Part shown: positions 51,748 through 61,109 of the stretch, piece after piece | Numbering within the stretch: position 1 is the stretch's first letter | Layout: each line of letters opens with the position of its first letter | DNA from: a virus | DNA: 64,000 bases | IMG/VR virus record: IMGVR_UViG_3300017963_000201 | Span: 80,960 to 144,959 of that record | Reading direction: 5' to 3' (one strand) | The notes under the pieces: generated by a model | Databases searched by the model: none | What the model saw: the letters and a program-made list of their open reading frames with translations, nothing else | What the model was told of the DNA's origin: nothing | Translations under genes and position numbers: made by a program

Positions 51748-52335
51748 TTACTTAGGCAAGCGGTTTGGATCTACTAAAATCTTTATGGATTCGGTACTTA
51801 CATTCTCCCAAAAAAACCAAGCATACTCGCAAGCATCAGTGCCTTTATTCACAAAGCTAGGACGGGGTACCAAGACCCGTATCTTTGACGGAGGATGCTT
51901 TAGTAGGAACCCCGCACGGGTTAGGCTACCTAGCCAATTCAAACGCAGCAGGAAGGCTGCAAAGGACCCATTAGGGGATTTCCTGAGTACTTTGCACGCA
52001 CGAACAATCCAGGGCTTCGCCTGACTAAATGGAGGATTCGATACTATACCTAAAGCACGCTTTGCTTTAGGTTTAGATTCTTTGAGCCACAGCCTAGCAT
52101 CGTACTCAATGCACGCATGATCCGGCTTAGGATACTTTTCTATCAAATATATCTTTTTAGCCTTCGTATACTTTTGTACGGTAACTCCGATCCTCCCATC
52201 CCCCGATCCTAAATCGACTAGTATATCCGGCTGAACTTCCCTACTTGCTATCTCTTTAGCTAATAGATCAACGCACCATTGCGGAGTTTCATAGTAATCT
52301 CTATCATCCCTTTTCGGTTGTCTCGTGAGGCTCAT
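51748..52335 (-). CDS. amino-DNA methyltransferase (start revised to MSLTR)
   Basis: DYYETP, DLGSGDG, SNPPF, FLLRLNWL, RPSF...GTD..EYAWF.W. Confidence 0.88.
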   Translation of the reverse strand: MSLTRQPKRDDRDYYETPQWCVDLLAKEIASREVQPDILVDLGSGDGRIGVTVQKYTKAKKIYLIEKYPKPDHACIEYDARLWLKESKPKAKRALGIVSNPPFSQAKPWIVRACKVLRKSPNGSFAAFLLRLNWLGSLTRAGFLLKHPPSKIRVLVPRPSFVNKGTDACEYAWFFWENVSTESIKILVDPNRLPK

Positions 52336-53254
52336 CTTTCCCTTCCAATATAACTTCTTTGATCGTACTCGAATGTACCTGCCAACCAACTTTTACATTA
52401 TCAGCAATAAAGGATCCAACTTTGGCTTTGAGCGCATCTGGGGTAAAATTGTGTGCTTGTGCATAATTAATTAAAGTATCCTCAAACAAGATCTCCCACA
52501 TATCCGTGTCTATATTGTACGATAATCGACTAACCTTACATGCCCATCCATGATCATCATGATACTCGAAGCCCACCTGAGGACGTTCTTGTACTTCAAA
52601 ATCACGAACAAACTTTATCTCTTTCGGTTTCTCGTTCAGAGCATCATGTACTCTAAATATTTTGTAAGCTCGGATCTTCATCCACACTCTTCCTCATTTT
52701 TTGCATAATAGCATTATCTTTAACTGTTACCCAGAGCTGCCCATTATGTAAATTAACATCAGCATACTTATCCGATTTTTTCAACTGCTCTGCCATCTCT
52801 TCTAGAGCTTCAAGTGTAGTAATCTTATTACCTTTAAAATCTAACGCACCTACCCGCCACAAGCAAACACGCATAGCCATAAGATACCACCTTTCAAATC
52901 ATAAGGGGCTATCAACCTAAAGCAGCGCCAGACAGTCAACATTACCTATACTTATAGTCAATAGCCCCTTAATGTTAATCAACAACCACTGCACTACAAG
53001 CATCCAATACACAATCAGCACATACGTGAGTGTAAACGTACCCTACCCTTGATTCAACCACTCTTGGTATCTTCCAATATATAATAGTCACGCCCTTTAT
53101 CTGTTCTTCATTAACCTTTACCGCATGAACACACGGTTTACTTTTTTCCGTCTGAACATCGAAGTCTTTTACAATTCTCCAAGCATTCATAATACACCTT
53201 CAATGGGGTACTCACCCCAGGCGATGAGATGGTTTATATCCAGGACAAGTACCC

Positions 53255-53827
53255 CTAATCTTCTTTCTTGAGTTTATCTGCCATGCCCCATCTAGGCTCA
53301 AAACATTTCGGGACTTGATTAACATCCTGCATACTTTTGAACTTGAAAACACGTATCCCCTGAGAGTCAGGACAATAAGCAAATAAAATAATCTCCCCTT
53401 TCTTATTTCGCTCAATCTTATAAGGTTCAACAGATCTAGCGGATTTGTTGCCATTACGGTCTACATACTTAAAAGACACTAGTTGACAATCCTGCATCCC
53501 ACTTCTAATAACATCAAGAATTGGACCTTCTTTAGGCAGTTCTTCGGTTATCTCTTTGTCATCTTTTTCTTCCTTGCTTCTATCTCGCACGATCACTCCC
53601 GGATTTATACCCTCTGTGTGTCTTTTATCTTTCTGTCCTAACTTACGACGGAACGTATTTATCGCATTGCAACTAGTACATTGATAAACTTCTTTAGTAG
53701 CATACCGCTCAATTACCCTAGACTCATTACCACAACGAGGGCATGGTCGAATGCTAGTTGCGTGTTCAGCCGCCTTCTTCGCTTCGACTGTACGAATATT
53801 TCTCCGTGGCGGTAAGATAGCACTCAT
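53255..53827 (-). CDS. Zn-ribbon + WYL-domain protein
   Basis: CPRC...CTSC; V.F.Y...G..S.R.VEPY.I......L.AYC....GIR.FK. Confidence 0.8.
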   Translation of the reverse strand: MSAILPPRRNIRTVEAKKAAEHATSIRPCPRCGNESRVIERYATKEVYQCTSCNAINTFRRKLGQKDKRHTEGINPGVIVRDRSKEEKDDKEITEELPKEGPILDVIRSGMQDCQLVSFKYVDRNGNKSARSVEPYKIERNKKGEIILFAYCPDSQGIRVFKFKSMQDVNQVPKCFEPRWGMADKLKKED

Positions 53828-54190
53828 GCTTGCATATTCCTTATTATCTGTCTTAACTCATCCACTAAATCAAGCATCTCTTTATGGGCTAAGTATTCAT
53901 CGTCCAAAATCATGGCTTCGATAGTATTGACTTTCTTAAAAGCCGCATGGGCAGTGAATTCATCAATTTTGCCAATGATACGATAAGTAGAATGGTCTAG
54001 CAGATCATCCAACTCTGTAATGCATGCAACTAAATTTTTTACTCTTGGGCTACCCATTTTTACCTATAGTATAGTATTAATATAGTAAACCACTAAGGAC
54101 AAAAAACCCAAAAAACCGATCAACACAAGGATAAGAACGACTATCCAAGGAACATCTTTTTCTTTAGGTTCATCAAAAATATGTTTATCT

Positions 54191-54943
54191 TTATCCTTCA
54201 TTTTTATTTACCAACTTGTTTGCTAAGTGATACGATCCCAAAGTACCAGCATCGGTCCAATACCCATCGAACAAAGAATAATGTATCTCCCCCCACTCTA
54301 AATAAGTCCGATTCACGTCCGTTATCTCTAATTCCCCCCGATCTGATGGAACTAGATTTTTTATAATTTTGAAAACCCTGGAATCATAAAAGTAGATCCC
54401 TGTTATAGCATATACATACCTCTTCGGTACTGCACTTAAGTGCTCCGCGATCTGTTCCTTATTCGGTTTTTCAACCATACCCATAATTTGATTCTGGGTA
54501 TCGATTACGGCAATACCGAACCTGGTAGGATCACTTACAACCTTTAGTAATATTCGCGCACCCCTCGGTTGCTTTTGGTATGCCTGCAAAAAATTAACTA
54601 AACTATCTTGAAAAATATTGTCACCCAAAATAACACAGATCCGTTCCCCATAGGCAAAGTCTTCACACAAGCCCAAGGCTTCCGCTATCCCACCTGACCT
54701 ATCTTGTACTTTAAGCGTAATACGGCAATTGTAATCTTTACCGGATCCTAAAAACTTTGCTACAGTATCTACATGCTCAATCCCAGAGACTACGGCAATA
54801 TCTGTAATACTGGCCTGAACTAGCTTTTCAATAGCATGTTGGATCATAGGTTTGCTACCAACTGGCAATAAATGCTTATTGATAACTTTAGTCAGAGGAA
54901 AAAGCCTACTGCCCGTACCCCCAGCTAAAATTATACCTTTCAT
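54191..54943 (-). CDS. rmlA: glucose-1-phosphate thymidylyltransferase
   Basis: KGIILAGG.GSRL.PLT...NKHLLPV..KPMI, ILGDNIF, VEKP, PSDRGELEITDVN, W.DAGT. Confidence 0.92.
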   Translation of the reverse strand: MKGIILAGGTGSRLFPLTKVINKHLLPVGSKPMIQHAIEKLVQASITDIAVVSGIEHVDTVAKFLGSGKDYNCRITLKVQDRSGGIAEALGLCEDFAYGERICVILGDNIFQDSLVNFLQAYQKQPRGARILLKVVSDPTRFGIAVIDTQNQIMGMVEKPNKEQIAEHLSAVPKRYVYAITGIYFYDSRVFKIIKNLVPSDRGELEITDVNRTYLEWGEIHYSLFDGYWTDAGTLGSYHLANKLVNKNEG

Positions 54944-55206
54944 TCCTCATCCTCTGTATCTTCAGGTTCAGGCTCACAAGGTTCTATATCTGATAAATGA
55001 TAAATCTCGTAGTAACCTCTATCACACGAGTAACAATAGTAATGTACTCTTACCTGACAACCATCCTCCTCATTGTGCATCCATTCGTCTTTTTGCCAAA
55101 CAATTTCTTGCTTAAATGGTGCATAACAATAGGGGCACTTACTAGGATCATTGAGATACTTTTTCTTTTTTTTCTCATCTATTTCCATTTTATACTTGCC
55201 ACCCAA
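54940..55206 (-). CDS. small Zn-ribbon protein
   Basis: CPYC...CYSC...Y.EIY.L. Confidence 0.6.
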   Translation of the reverse strand: MGGKYKMEIDEKKKKKYLNDPSKCPYCYAPFKQEIVWQKDEWMHNEEDGCQVRVHYYCYSCDRGYYEIYHLSDIEPCEPEPEDTEDEE

Positions 55207-56015
55207 GTCTTCATTACATCCAAACCTAAATCTTGTAATTTTTGATTTTTGAGAATACAGTTTTTCGGTCTAGATGCTTGATTTTTAAAAATGTAAAACG
55301 CAGCAGTTTCCCATATATCAATTGATACCTTCATCTCTTTGGCTAAGTGTGTAATCAGATCATAAGGTGTCACAGGATCTTTGGCCGCTGCATGAAAAGT
55401 TCCTTGTAATTTGTTTCTATAAATAAGGTAGATCTGTTTTGCCAGATCATCAGCATGCGTTGGGGTTATCTTTTGATCGTTTGCCGCACTAATAGGCTCT
55501 TTCGTACTTTTTATTTTTTCCATCAAACCAGGAATCAAACCGGAATCATCATCATATAACCGCGTAGTTCTAACAATGCTGTACCTACAACCCGAATCTT
55601 TAATATACTCTTCACCGACTAACTTTGTCTGACCATACCAATTAATAGGATTAGTAATATCAGACTCAACATAAGCCTGACTCATATCTTTTTGCCCATC
55701 AAAAACATAATCCGTAGAGACGTGGATTAAATGCTTATTGGTTACAGAACAAGCTTGCGCTATTTTCAATACCCCTGAAGCATTTACCTTATAGGCCAAA
55801 TCACGGGCATACTCAGCTTGATTAACATCGGTATAAGCAGTAGTGTTAATAAAATAGCCCCCACCAATAGTATTTATTTGTTCTACAAGCTGCGAATATG
55901 TAATCTGAGATAAGTCTATATTATTCCTTGTCCACCAAACAAGGAGGACTTCTTTAGAGCTGAAATACTTATAACAAGCTTTTCCCAGTTTACCATTACC
56001 AAAAAGTATAACCAT
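55179..56015 (-). CDS. rmlD: dTDP-4-dehydrorhamnose reductase (start revised to MVILFG)
   Basis: G.GKLG, IN..AYTDV..AE, HVSTDYVFDG, Y.E.D..NPIN.YGQTK..GE, DQ...PT, RP. Confidence 0.9.
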   Translation of the reverse strand: MVILFGNGKLGKACYKYFSSKEVLLVWWTRNNIDLSQITYSQLVEQINTIGGGYFINTTAYTDVNQAEYARDLAYKVNASGVLKIAQACSVTNKHLIHVSTDYVFDGQKDMSQAYVESDITNPINWYGQTKLVGEEYIKDSGCRYSIVRTTRLYDDDSGLIPGLMEKIKSTKEPISAANDQKITPTHADDLAKQIYLIYRNKLQGTFHAAAKDPVTPYDLITHLAKEMKVSIDIWETAAFYIFKNQASRPKNCILKNQKLQDLGLDVMKTWVASIKWK

Positions 56016-56017
56016 TA

Positions 56018-56425
56018 CTATCTCCGCAGCAAAACTATCGCTGTAGTCGAAGCAGCCGCTCCTACTATAATACCGAAGGTAGCCCATACAACAGGAGAGT
56101 AATACCAGGATGATTGCTCTTTGACTGAATCCATAAGAGCGTAATTCATGTCATATAACTTTAGCATTTGCTTATCAAGGGTATTCTTTATCTCTAATAG
56201 TTTAGAAAACTTCCCATCCAGAATATCAATGAGATTTGAGTAGTGCTTAATTTCTTCTTGCAGTCTAGGGTAATCGGTAACTATCTTTAATAACTTTTGA
56301 GAAGTTTGTACCTGAAAACAAATACGGCCCTCACCATCAACATAGATAATTTTCGGATCAAGCAAAGCCTGTTCTACTGCAGTTGGATCTGATGACAATA
56401 ACAAAAGAAGGATTAGGGTATTCAT
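56018..56425 (-). CDS. coiled-coil membrane protein (possible spanin-like)
   Basis: N-terminal hydrophobic leader, coiled coil, C-terminal WY..P..W + transmembrane helix. Confidence 0.45.
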   Translation of the reverse strand: MNTLILLLLLSSDPTAVEQALLDPKIIYVDGEGRICFQVQTSQKLLKIVTDYPRLQEEIKHYSNLIDILDGKFSKLLEIKNTLDKQMLKLYDMNYALMDSVKEQSSWYYSPVVWATFGIIVGAAASTTAIVLLRR

Positions 56426-56868
56426 GGTAGCTTTCCAATACGTTTAAATGCTTCCACGATCTCCTCAGCCGTCATACTCACATCTAAGCTCTGTGCTAGA
56501 GTATCCTCAATCTCTCGTATCTGGCCGCGCAATACTGTATCTTGAACCTCAAGCTCCCTCAGCTCATTCAAAGTCACTTGATTTTTGGCAGCTAACTTCT
56601 CTAGCTCAACTTTGGCTTTTTGGATATGAATCTCTGCTTGTAATTTATTAACTTTCTTTTTGTTGCTGAACCAAAAAATAAAGAAGATAGATGCTAGAAT
56701 GGATAGAATAACAAGGAGGATATTTTTGGCATGGGCTTTTACTAGTCTAGCACCATTTTTAATCTTTGCCCACACAAGACACCACCACTTTGTAAGGCTC
56801 ATACGGTTTCGGCAGCGATTCTTCCAGAGATTCCCAGGTAGGAAATATCTTGGATTTCCCGTATTCAA
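56422..56868 (-). CDS. membrane-anchored coiled-coil protein (possible i-spanin-like; true start probably ~56802)
   Basis: Single TM helix followed by coiled coil; overlaps the next membrane gene. Confidence 0.45.
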   Translation of the reverse strand: MNTGNPRYFLPGNLWKNRCRNRMSLTKWWCLVWAKIKNGARLVKAHAKNILLVILSILASIFFIFWFSNKKKVNKLQAEIHIQKAKVELEKLAAKNQVTLNELRELEVQDTVLRGQIREIEDTLAQSLDVSMTAEEIVEAFKRIGKLP

Positions 56869-57112
56869 CTTTGAGATCTAATTCTTGAATCATAAATTTA
56901 TCTTCTTCTAGCCATGCAACGTCATAAAGATTGCCTTCCTTATCTATGATTCTTAGTCTATCCCCTATATCTAATCCGTTGGCAGCAAACGCTTGCTCAA
57001 TCATCAGAACACCCATATCCGGGATAGAATAAGGTTCTTTGTCTAATATAGGCTGTTCAAAAGTTATTTCATCCAGACCTAAAGAAAGTACCTCTTGTGC
57101 TTTGATGCGCAT
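56759..57112 (-). CDS. AQ-tagged acidic protein
   Basis: N-terminus MRIKAQ. Confidence 0.7.
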   Translation of the reverse strand: MRIKAQEVLSLGLDEITFEQPILDKEPYSIPDMGVLMIEQAFAANGLDIGDRLRIIDKEGNLYDVAWLEEDKFMIQELDLKVEYGKSKIFPTWESLEESLPKPYEPYKVVVSCVGKD

Positions 57113-57183
57113 GACAAGCCTCTTAGGGTAATCTAATGTTTAGGATAACAAGGAAAGGTGGGAATTGTTAAACAAGTATAAGT

Positions 57184-57645
57184 TTATCTACGGTCATAAA
57201 TTTCTCTTTTACGGGATTCTTCCTCTTCGATACCACGCTCAACCCTATCGTAATAGGCATCCTCGTTTTGTTTCAGAAGATCTTCGATAACAGGCTTCCA
57301 ATCTTCCGCAACCTGAAGATCCTCATAATACTGATCCCATTCTTCCTCTGCCCTACTAGCTTCCTCTTCCGTCAGATCCGGATCATCCGGTTCATAGCTA
57401 GGAGCAAACTTACCCGATAGGACTTCCTCTAAAGCATCATTAATCGCATCAATCTCTTCGTAGGCAATTCTACCATTACTGCCACGGCTCATAACGGCAT
57501 ACAGTGGATCTCCTTGACCAGAATATAGAGTACCAATAAGATCTAATAGCTAACTCCAATGAGAATCCTCTACGTACTCTGGAAGAGTAATCGTGTAGTC
57601 ATCCGGATATTTCTGTGCCCTCACATTCTTAATGAATTTTCTCAT
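57184..57645 (-). pseudogene. AQ-tagged acidic protein interrupted by TAG at 57550
   Basis: MRKFIKNVRAQ...HWS*LLDLIGTLYSGQGDPLYAVMSRG... one frame. Confidence 0.7.
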
Positions 57646-57750
57646 AGCACCCTCACTTTTCAAATTGATCTTGGGAATAACTTGGATTTCCCTTCTTGAT
57701 CTCTTCTTCTTTTTCATCCCACCACTTCTTAGGAGGTTTTTTTGGCATAA

Positions 57751-58146
57751 TTATGAATCCCTAAAATAGACCGCACCCGAAGGTAAAGAAGAATAGTCAC
57801 CTGTATAGTGAGACAGAAAATGCTCCCATCCAGCCCCACGAATAGCATCCTCTTCGGTTTTATATAAGATATAGTTACCAATTTTATAAGCATCACCGTA
57901 AGCAAACTTAGGATACGGCTTATACTCTTCAATCAATTCCATAATATCATCACCGGAGTCTTCAGCTACTTCTATTACTAACTCAAGATCTTCATCAGAA
58001 AAATCTTCGAGTAAGAAATCCCTTACCAATTCTATTTCGTCTTCGTCTTTACCTTTTAGTAGTTTATTAAGTTGGTTAAAAAGCTTGGTATCGAGATTGT
58101 CTTCGATCTCTTTCAAAGCAGTGCTTTTTTGGGAATATCTATACAT
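57751..58146 (-). CDS. SQ-tagged acidic protein
   Basis: N-terminus MYRYSQ. Confidence 0.7.
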   Translation of the reverse strand: MYRYSQKSTALKEIEDNLDTKLFNQLNKLLKGKDEDEIELVRDFLLEDFSDEDLELVIEVAEDSGDDIMELIEEYKPYPKFAYGDAYKIGNYILYKTEEDAIRGAGWEHFLSHYTGDYSSLPSGAVYFRDS

Positions 58147-58175
58147 GACTCTCTCTCTTAAGAGATTAATACAAG

Positions 58176-58571
58176 TTACCCTTTATTTACTACAGCTTTA
58201 ACCTGACTCTTTAACTTTTGTACAGAATTTGATTCTGTCGTAACCTTAATCGCATGGCGCGTACCTATAGTAGTTAATCCTACGGTAATCCCACCCAAAG
58301 CACCATCCATAAAACCTAAAAATGAAGGGTTTTGTGATCCTAAAGTTACTAGTCCCCCAGCAACACCAAACAAAAATAATAGTACCCAGGTCTTTATATT
58401 TTTGTTTGGGAGTTTATCAAAAAACTTGGTAACTAATGGAATATTAAATCCCGCTTTTCCTCTTAAGATTTGAATCAAAAGATAAAGCACAGTAGCTACT
58501 CCAATGTACCAACCGGCTTGGAAGTCTTGAAATAGCTGTCTAAGTGTCGCTATTATTCCTCCAATTTCCAT
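58176..58571 (-). CDS. multi-pass membrane protein, holin candidate
   Basis: Three hydrophobic helices, basic C-terminus, GAGGAG RBS. Confidence 0.5.
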   Translation of the reverse strand: MEIGGIIATLRQLFQDFQAGWYIGVATVLYLLIQILRGKAGFNIPLVTKFFDKLPNKNIKTWVLLFLFGVAGGLVTLGSQNPSFLGFMDGALGGITVGLTTIGTRHAIKVTTESNSVQKLKSQVKAVVNKG

Positions 58572-59090
58572 TTTTATTCTCCTCTTCTACTGTTTTCTTA
58601 TATGGCAATACCCGATTACCACATATGCCGCATATGGAACCTAGTTTCTGGATAGTCTTGCATATAGAGCAGACAACCATCCTAACTTGTTCTTTCATGA
58701 TCTAAGTATAAGAGGAAATAGGGAGGGCAAGTTAACTATTGTTTTTACGCTTTTTTGTACGGTCGATTCTTCTCTGTGCTACAGCAGCAAGATTAACTAA
58801 TTCAAGCTTTGTATTGTTAAGATTGGCTCTTTGAGCTAAATACTCTGATACTTTCAAATATAAACTATGCTTACCTTTTTCGTCAATAGGAGGAATCTCC
58901 AAAAAAGGTAAACCATCTAGATTAACTACCAAGCGAAACCTAGTAAATCTTTTATTAGTAAAGCATATCGCTTCTAAGTTTTTCAGCGAATAGTCTTTAA
59001 TAATTTTATTTAAGAAATTTCCCTGAGCCGTAATAAACCGCAGGTCTACATAATCAACCTGGCCTTTTATCTTCAATCTATTTTTCGCCA

Positions 59091-59549
59091 TTACATACCG
59101 ACCACTTGTTTTATAATATTTAGTATTTGGGTCTTTGTAAGTCCTACTTTAAAAGTAGTACCTTCAAAAGATATAGTAACATCAATAGCACTATTCTTAT
59201 GACCATTTTTCTTAGGACCAGATTCCTTCCTATCCTTATAATACCAATATCTCAAGGTGGCTTCTGGAATATTGGTATCCGGAAAATCCTCTTTGATCTA
59301 ATCTCTAACATCAGTAAAACGAACATTCATGGCACTGTATGCCTGAATCTTTTCACATACCTCTGATCTGTCTTTTTTTGGTTTTCCCAGATCCCTTTTG
59401 TAGCGATAGATTAAACCACTCACAACCTTTTCTGTAAGATCTTTAAATTCAGGATTGTTCTTTATAAGGTGTTTTATTATCTGTTTTCTAGTTTTGCCCT
59501 GTTGCTTAAATTCATAAGCTATCTTAGGCCAATCGCTCGGGTATACCAT
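59091..59549 (-). pseudogene. tandem-HTH protein interrupted by TAG at 59298
   Basis: ...FTDVRD*IKEDFPDTNIPEATLRYWYYK... continues to a TAA that overlaps the next ATG (59091). Confidence 0.7.
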
Positions 59550-59609
59550 CTTAATCCCTCCGTATTAGAGGGTCTATAAATGATTAATCTTCAGGATGCA
59601 AGAGAAAAA

Positions 59610-60110
59610 TTAATCGAAGGATTTTTCCATATCTTCTAGTAGGTTATAGTAGTCTGAAGATTCTTTTAGGTGCGCCCATGCAATCTTAGCCGTAGTTTCC
59701 AGGTCCCCTCCCGTTACGTCTGTTTCTTCGTCTTTAGGTCCGTGTTCCTTCTCTACCTCGATCCCTTTCTTTAGATCATCCGGGGTAAATTCTACTTCGT
59801 CCCAGTTAATCCCAATCCTCTCACCGATCTCTTTAGCATCGTATGCCGTCTTTAAATAACGAACAACAAAAGCGAGGGATGCTAAAGATTTTCCTGGTTG
59901 TAAGGTTTGTTGGGTCGTATTTAGCTCTCTGTTTTCTGCAGGAAAGGCTTCCTCTGGCTCATCGGGTTCGCCGGGCGCTTGGCTTTCTACGGCCTGTTGT
60001 AGAGTCTGTTTAACCTTTTCTATCTCTGTATCCGCGATCCCAAGATCCTTCATTGACTTTTGAAGATCATCAATAAAGGATTGGTCTATTTGTTGCGATA
60101 GCTTTTTCAA
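59610..60110 (-). CDS. SQ-tagged DUF5661-like protein
   Basis: MKKLSQ; LKKGIEVEKEH...TAKIAWAHLKE..DYY..L. Confidence 0.8.
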   Translation of the reverse strand: MKKLSQQIDQSFIDDLQKSMKDLGIADTEIEKVKQTLQQAVESQAPGEPDEPEEAFPAENRELNTTQQTLQPGKSLASLAFVVRYLKTAYDAKEIGERIGINWDEVEFTPDDLKKGIEVEKEHGPKDEETDVTGGDLETTAKIAWAHLKESSDYYNLLEDMEKSFD

Positions 60111-60928
60111 AATTCTTCTTCCTCGGTATACCCTAAACTTTTCAATGCATCTGCAACTTCATCCTCTGAAAAATCCTCTAAAGTTAAAATCTCATTTGCA
60201 TTTTCTGCATTTTCCAAAAGATAGTCATACACCTCCTGTACTATAGCATCAGATGGGTTGTCTACATGATACCAAACAAATTCTTCTATAATCTCATTAA
60301 TCCTAGCAGACTCATATTCTTCTATAATCTCATTAATCCTAGCAGACTCATACGCTTCATACCAATCACCCTTAGTTGTAATCATAACCGTCCCATCCTC
60401 TATATCATAAAGAACACACGTAGAATACATATCACCAGAATTAGTATACATAGCAACAGTCTCACCATAATAAGCATCATATTTAGTTGGATCCCTAATG
60501 CCTTCTATCCCATGAAAACCACCAGCATCATTGATAGCCAACAATACATCATTTATTTCTTTAGAACCAGCTTCTTTTAATGCTTGGTACAACTCGGGGG
60601 CCATATCCTCATTACCTTCGTGCTCTAATAACTCCGCTAGATCACCTACACTAAAGTCTACTTTAGCCGCATTTCTATAGATACGCATACTTTCCATAAC
60701 AAAGCCTCCGTAAGTTTCTGTAAAGTTTAATGCATCAGTTTTGTACTTATTGCCACCGTTATCCTGATAGTAAATCATAGATAATTCTGGATTCTCAGGA
60801 TCCCGTCTAACATTAGTTATGATTACTTCTGGGACATTCCACTTCCAATTATTAGGATTTCTCAATGATACGGTTGACTCAGGATTGCTAAACCGCATAC
60901 CCTTAGCTAGATCCCGATAATCCATCAA
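60107..60928 (-). CDS. multi-domain acidic protein
   Basis: Internal linker MRIYRNAA; HGIE.I...Y.N.GD.Y..T.LY...GDW.E motif. Confidence 0.65.
   Translation of the reverse strand: MMDYRDLAKGMRFSNPESTVSLRNPNNWKWNVPEVIITNVRRDPENPELSMIYYQDNGGNKYKTDALNFTETYGGFVMESMRIYRNAAKVDFSVGDLAELLEHEGNEDMAPELYQALKEAGSKEINDVLLAINDAGGFHGIEGIRDPTKYDAYYGETVAMYTNSGDMYSTCVLYDIEDGTVMITTKGDWYEAYESARINEIIEEYESARINEIIEEFVWYHVDNPSDAIVQEVYDYLLENAENANEILTLEDFSEDEVADALKSLGYTEEEEF
60281..60352. repeat. perfect 36-bp tandem duplication
   Basis: TTCTTCTATAATCTCATTAATCCTAGCAGACTCATA x2 = YESARINEIIEE x2. Confidence 0.95.
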
Positions 60929-61109
60929 TCTTGCTCCTTGATAATTAACTTTCCTTGTATATGCACAGGTTATTCTCCAGGAGGCTCTATGCCGTCACCG
61001 CATACAAGAATGGTATAATTGAATGGGTCTTCATATTTAATTATTGTCTGCAAATTCTTTAACTTTTTGATCTCTCTATTACCCAAAGAATGTATATCTA
61101 ATTTTTTCA

